A DNA stretch of 64,000 nt from NCBI RefSeq assembly GCF_009914755.1, contig NC_060925.1. The stretch is one strand, 5' to 3'. Under the pieces are notes generated by a model. The model was not told the DNA's origin, made no database searches, and saw nothing but the letters and a program-made list of their open reading frames with translations. Position numbers and translations under genes: made by a program. The DNA comes from the human T2T-CHM13v2.0 reference genome, Homo sapiens. This document shows positions 58,001-64,000 of this stretch, piece after piece; position 1 is the first letter of the stretch, and the number at the start of each line of letters is the position of its first letter.

Positions 58001-58713
58001 GAAGCTAATGGAATCAACATCGAATGAATCGAATGGAAACACCATCGAATTGAAACGAATGGAATTATCATGAAATTGAAATGGATGGACTCATCATCGG
58101 ATGGATTCGAATGGAATCATCGAATAAAATTGATTGAAATCATCATCCAATGGAATCGAATGGTATCATTGAATGGAATCGAATGGAATCATCATCAGAT
58201 GGAAATGAATGGAATCGTCATAGAATGGAATCGAATGGATTCATTGAATGGAATCAGATGGAATCATCGAATGGACTGGAATGGAATCATTGAATGGACT
58301 CGAAAGGGATCATGATTGAATGGAATTGAATGGAATCATCGAATGGTCTCGATTGGAATCATTATCAAATGGAATCGAATGGAATCACCGAATAGAATCG
58401 AATGGAACAATCATCGAATGGACTCAAATGGAATTATCCTCCAATGGAATCGAATGGAATTATCGAATGCAATCGAATGGAATTATCGAATGCAATCGAA
58501 TAGAATCATCGAATGGACTCGAATGGAATCATCGAATGGAATGGAATGGAACAGTCAATGAACTCGAATGGAATCATCATTGAATGGAATCGAATGGAAT
58601 CATCGAGTGGAATCGAATGGAATTATGATCAAATGCAATCGAATGTAATCCTCATCAAATGGAATCAAAAATAACCATCATCAATTGGTATTGAATGGAA
58701 TTGTCATCAAATG
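55038..58713 (+). repeat. Second copy of the 1285+2391-bp variant block (offset 16054 from 38984)
   Basis: EcoRI 55038, 55679 (extra), 56323, 58714. ORFs 55198, 55952, 56483, 57074, 58070 mirror 39144, 39898, 40429, 41020, 42016. Confidence 0.92.
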
Positions 58714-61700
58714 GAATTCAAAGGAATCATCATCAAATGGAACCGAATGGAATCCTCATTGAATGGAAATGAAAGTGGTCATCATCTAATGGAATCGCAT
58801 GGAATCATCATCAAATGGAATCGAATGGAATCATCATCAAATGGAATCTAATGGAATCATTGAACAGAATTGAATGGAATCGTCATCGAATGAATTGAAT
58901 GCAATCATCGAATGGTCTCGAATGGAATCATCTTCTAATGGAAAGGAATGGAATCATCGCATAGAATCGATTGGAATTATCATCGAATGGAATCGAATGG
59001 TATCAACACCAAACGGAAAAAAACGGAATTATCGAATGGAATCGAAGAGAATCTTCGAACGGACCCGAATGGAATCATCTAATGGAATGGAATGGAATAA
59101 TCCATGGACTCGAATGCAATCATCATCGAATGGAATCGAATGGAATCATCGAATGGACTCGAATGGAATAATCATTGAACGGAATCGAATGGAATCATCA
59201 TCGGATGGAAACGAATGGAATCATCATCGAATGGAAATGAAAGGAGTCATCATCTAATGGAATTGCATGGAATCATCATAAAATGGAATCGAATGGAATC
59301 AACATCAAATGGAATCAAATGGAATCATTGAACGGAATTGAATGGAATCGTCATCGAATGAATTGACTGCAATCATCCAATGGTCTCGAATGGAATCATC
59401 TTCAAATGGAATGGAATGGAATCATCGCATAGAATCGAATGGAATTATCATCGAATGGAATCGAATGGAATCAACATCAAACGGAAAAAAACGGAATTAT
59501 CGAATGGAATCGAAGAGAATCATCGAATGGACCCGAATGGAATCATCTAATGGAATGGAATGGAATAATCCATGGACTCGAATGCAATCATCATCGAATG
59601 GAATCGAATGGAATCATCGAATGGACTCGAATGGAATAATCATTGAACGGAATCGAATGGAATCATCATCGGATGGAAATGAATGGAATCATCATCGAAT
59701 GGAATCGAATAGAATTATGGAATGAAATCCAGTGTGATCATCATCGAATGGACCCGAATGGAATCATCATCCAACGGAAGCTAATGGAATCAACATCGAA
59801 TGAATCAAATGGAAACACCATCGAATTGAAACGAATGGAATTATCATGAAATTGAAATGGATGGACTCATCATCGAATGGATTCGAATGGAATCATCGAA
59901 TAAAATTGATTGAAATCATCATCGAATGGAATCGAATGGTATCATTGAATGGAATCGAATGGAATCATCATCAGATGGAAATGAATGGAATCGTCATAGA
60001 ATGGAATCGAATGGATTCATTGAATGGAATCAGATGGAATCATCGAATGGACTGGAATGGAATCATTGAATGGACTCGAAAGGGATCATTATTGAATGGA
60101 ATTGAATGGAATCATCGAATGGTCTCGATTGGAATCATTATCAAATGGAATCGAATGGAATCACCGAATAGAATCGAATGGAACAATCATCGAATGGACT
60201 CAAATGGAATTATCCTCCAATGGAATGGAATGGAATTATCGAATGCAATCGAATGGAATTATCGAATGCAATCGAATAGAATCATCGAATGGACTCGAAT
60301 GGAATCATCGAATGGAATGGAATGGAACAGTCAATGAACTCGAATGGAATCATCATTGAATGGAATCGAATGGAATCATCGAGTGGAATCGAATGGAATT
60401 ATGATCAAATGGAATCGAATGTAATCATCATCAAATGGAATCAAAAATAACCATCATCAATTGGTATTGAATGGAATTGTCATCAAATGGAATTCAAAGG
60501 AATCATCATCAAATGGAACCGAATGGAATCCTCATTGAATGGAAATGAAAGGGGTCATCATCTAATGGAATCGCATGGAATCATCATCAAATGGAATCGA
60601 ATGGAATCACCATCAAATGGAATCTAATGGAATCATTGAACAGAATTGAATGGAATCGTCATCGAATGAATTGAATGCAATCATCGAATGGTCTCGAATG
60701 GATTCATCTTCTAATGAAAAGGAATGGAATCATCGCATAGAATCGAATGGAATTATCATCGAATGGAATCGAATGGTATCAACACCAAACGGAAAAAAAC
60801 GGAATTATCGAATGGAATCGAAGAGAATCTTCGAACGGACCCGAATGGAATCATCTAATGGAATGGAATGGAATAATCCATGGACTCGAATGCAATCATC
60901 ATCGAATGGAATCGAATGGAATCATCGAATGGACTCGAATGGAATAATCATTGAACGGAATCGATTGGAATCATCATCGGATGGAAACGAATGGAATCAT
61001 CATCGAATGGAAATGAAAGGAGTCATCATCTAATGGAATTGCATGGAATCATCATAAAATGGAATCGAATGGAATCAACATCAAATGGAATCAAATGGAA
61101 TCATTGAACGGAATTGAATGGAATCGTCATCGAATGAATTGACTGCAATCATCCAATGGTCTCGAATGGAATCATCTTCAAATGGAATGGAATGGAATCA
61201 TCGCATAGAATCGAATGGAATTATCATCGAATGGAATCGAATGGAATCAACATCCAACGGAAAAAAACGGAATTATCGAATGGAATTGAAGAGAATCATC
61301 GAATGGACCCGAATGGAATCATGTAATGGAATGGAATGGAATAATCCATGGACTCGAATGCAATCATCATCGAATGGAATCGAATGGAATCATCGAATGG
61401 ACTCGAATGGAATAATCATTGAACGGAATCGAATGGAATCATCATCGGATGGAAATGAATGGAATCATCATCGAATGGAATCGAATAGAATTATGGAATG
61501 AAATCCAGTGTGATCATCATCGAATGGACCCGAATGGAATCATCATCCAACGGAAGCTAATGGAATCAACATCGAATGAATCAAATGGAAACACCATCGA
61601 ATTGAAACGAATGGAATTATCATGAAATTGAAATGGATGGACTCATCGTCGAATGGATTCGAATGGAATCATCGAATAAAATTGATTGAAATCATCATCG

Positions 61701-64000
61701 AATGGAATCGAATGGTATCATTGAATGGAATCGAATGGAATCATCATCAGATGGAAATGAATGGAATCGTCATAGAATGGAATCGAATGGATTCATTGAA
61801 TGGAATCAGATGGAATCATCGAATGGACTGGAATGGAATCATTGAATGGACTCGAAAGGGATCATTATTGAATGGAATTGAATGGAATCATCGAATGGTC
61901 TCGATTGGAATCATTATCAAATGGAATCGAATGGAATCACCGAATAGAATCGAATGGAACAATCATCGAATGGACTCAAATGGAATTATCCTCAAATGGA
62001 ATCGAATGGAATTATCGAATGCAATCGAATGGAATTATCGAATGCAATCGAATAGAATCATCGAATGGACTCGAATGGAATCATCGAATGGAATGGAATG
62101 GAACAGTCAATGAACTCGAATGGAATCATCATTGAATGGAATCGAATGGAATCATCGAGTGGAATCGAATGGAATTATGATCAAATGGAATCGAATGTAA
62201 TCATCATCAAATGGAATCAAAAATAACCATCATCAATTGGTATTGAATGGAATTGTCATCAAATGGAATTCAAAGGAATCATCATCAAATGGAACCGAAT
62301 GGAATCCTCATTGAATGGAAATGAAAGGGGTCATCATCTAATGGAATCGCATGGAATCATCATAAAATGGAATCGAATGAAATCAACATCAAATGGAATC
62401 AAATGGAATCATTGAACGGAATTGAATGGAATCGTCATCGAATGAATTGGATGCAATCATCGAATGGTCTCGAATGGAATCTTCTTCAAATGGAATGGAA
62501 TGGAATCATCGCATAGAATCGAATGGAATTATCATCGAATTTAATCGAATGGAATCAACATCAAACGGAAAAAAACGGAATTATCGAATGGAATCGAAGA
62601 GAATCATCGAATGGACCCGAATGGAATCATATAATGGAATGGAATGGAATAATCCATGGACTCGAATGCAATCATCATCGAATGGAATCGAATGGAATCA
62701 TCGAATGGACTCGAATGGAATAATCATTGAACGGAATCGATTGGAATCATCATCGGATGGAAACGAATGGAATCATCATCGAATGGAAATGAAAGGAGTC
62801 ATCATCTAATGGAATTGCATGGAATCATCATAAAATGGAATCGAATGGAATCAACATCAAATGGAATCAAATGGAATCATTGAACGGAATTGAATGGAAT
62901 CGTCATCGAATGAATTGACTGCAATCATCCAATGGTCTCGAATGGAATCATCTTCAAATGGAATGGAATGGAATCATCGCATAGAATCGAATGGAATTAT
63001 CATCGAATGGAATCGAATGGAATCAACATCCAACGGAAAAAAACGGAATTATCGAATGGAATCGAAGAGAATCATCGAATGGACCCGAATGGAATCATCT
63101 AATGGAATGGAATGGAATAATCCATGGACTCGAATGCAATCATCATCGAATGGAATCGAATGGAATCATCGAATGGACTCGAATGGAATAATCATTGAAC
63201 GGAATAGAATGGAATCATCATCGGATGGAAATGAATGGAATCATCATCGAATGGAATCGAATACAATTATGGAATGAAATCCAGTGTGATCATCATCGAA
63301 TGGACCCGAATGGAATCATCATCCAACGGAAGCTAATGGAATCAACATCGAATGAATCAAATGGAAACACCATCGAATTGAAACGAATGGAATTATCATG
63401 AAATTGAAATGGATGGACTCATCATCGAATGGATTCGAAAGGAATCATCGAATAAAATTGATTGAAATCATCATCGAATGGAATCGAATGGTATCATTGA
63501 ATGGAATCGAATGGAATCATCATCAGATGGAAATGAATGGAATCGTCATAGAATGGAATCGAATGGATTCATTGAATGGAATCAGATGGAATCATCGAAT
63601 GGACTGGAATGGAATCATTGAATGGACTCGAAAGGGATCATGATTGAATGGAATTGAATGGAATCATCGAATGGTCTCGATTGGAATCATTATCAAATGG
63701 AATCGAATGGAATCACCGAATAGAATCGAATGGAACAATCATCGAATGGACTCAAATGGAATTATCCTCAAATGGAATGGAATGGAATTATCGAATGCAA
63801 TCGAATGGAATTATCGAATGCAATCGAATAGAATCATCGAATGGACTCGAATGGAATCATCGAATGGAATGGAATGGAACAGTCAATGAACACGAATGGA
63901 ATCATCATTGAATGGAATCGAATGGAATCATCGAGTGGAATCGAATGGAATTATGATCAAATGGAATCGAATGTAATCATCATCAAATGGAATCAAAAAT

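Larger units (their letters stand above)
1..64000 (+). repeat. Human Satellite II (HSat2/HSATII) pericentromeric tandem array, GGAAT strand on +
   Basis: Every line is made of GGAAT-derived pentamers with the HSat2 signature GAATGGAATCATCATCGAATGGAATC (reverse CATTCGATTC / CATTCGATGATG). No unique sequence and no strand switch seen. Confidence 0.98.

Noticed and set aside
4-63911. Hundreds of 60-135 aa ORFs (MESSSNE..., MNGIEWN..., MELSSNG...)
   Set aside because: These are low-complexity translations of the ATG-rich GGAAT pentamer. They overlap in several frames, recur with the repeat period and have no recognisable domain. They were used only as positional landmarks.
1-64000. CRISPR-like repeat/spacer array
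   Set aside because: There are no unique spacers and no cas genes; the intervening sequence is itself repeated.
1-64000. HSat3 / DYZ1, telomeric or alpha-satellite identity
   Set aside because: Pure (GGAAT)n runs are short, TCGA and ATCATC motifs dominate, and the period is 1776 bp rather than ~3.5 kb, 6 bp or 171 bp.
1-64000. Inversions or embedded L1/Alu fragments
   Set aside because: No CATTC-strand tract or non-satellite stretch was seen on reading, and unit spacings are all accounted for by satellite-internal changes.

Overview
The whole 64 kb window is one uninterrupted tandem satellite array in a single orientation, built from degenerate (GGAAT)n pentamers rich in TCGA and ATC-ATC motifs. 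This is human-type Satellite II (HSat2/HSATII). The dominant 1776-bp unit, with one EcoRI site per unit and an internal 468-bp A/B duplication, matches the ~1.77-kb chromosome 1q12 satellite (D1Z1 / HSat2A2-like); that assignment comes from recalled knowledge, not alignment. I see no genes, RNA genes, transposons or CRISPR arrays, and every ORF in the track is a translation artefact of the repeat. I found no evidence for a new protein-coding or defence-type system. The informative content is the array's internal architecture. It has length-variant units (1327, 1063, 1285, 2391, 1133, 595 bp), local higher-order repeats (3x1776=5328; 4615/5678) and long-range duplicated blocks (offsets 7823, 16054, 49189, 57012). 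It also carries a divergent 615-bp subunit present in two copies and a sporadic variant that makes a near-consensus DUX4-type motif. Coordinates were derived by eye from the sequence and ORF track, so boundaries are approximate.
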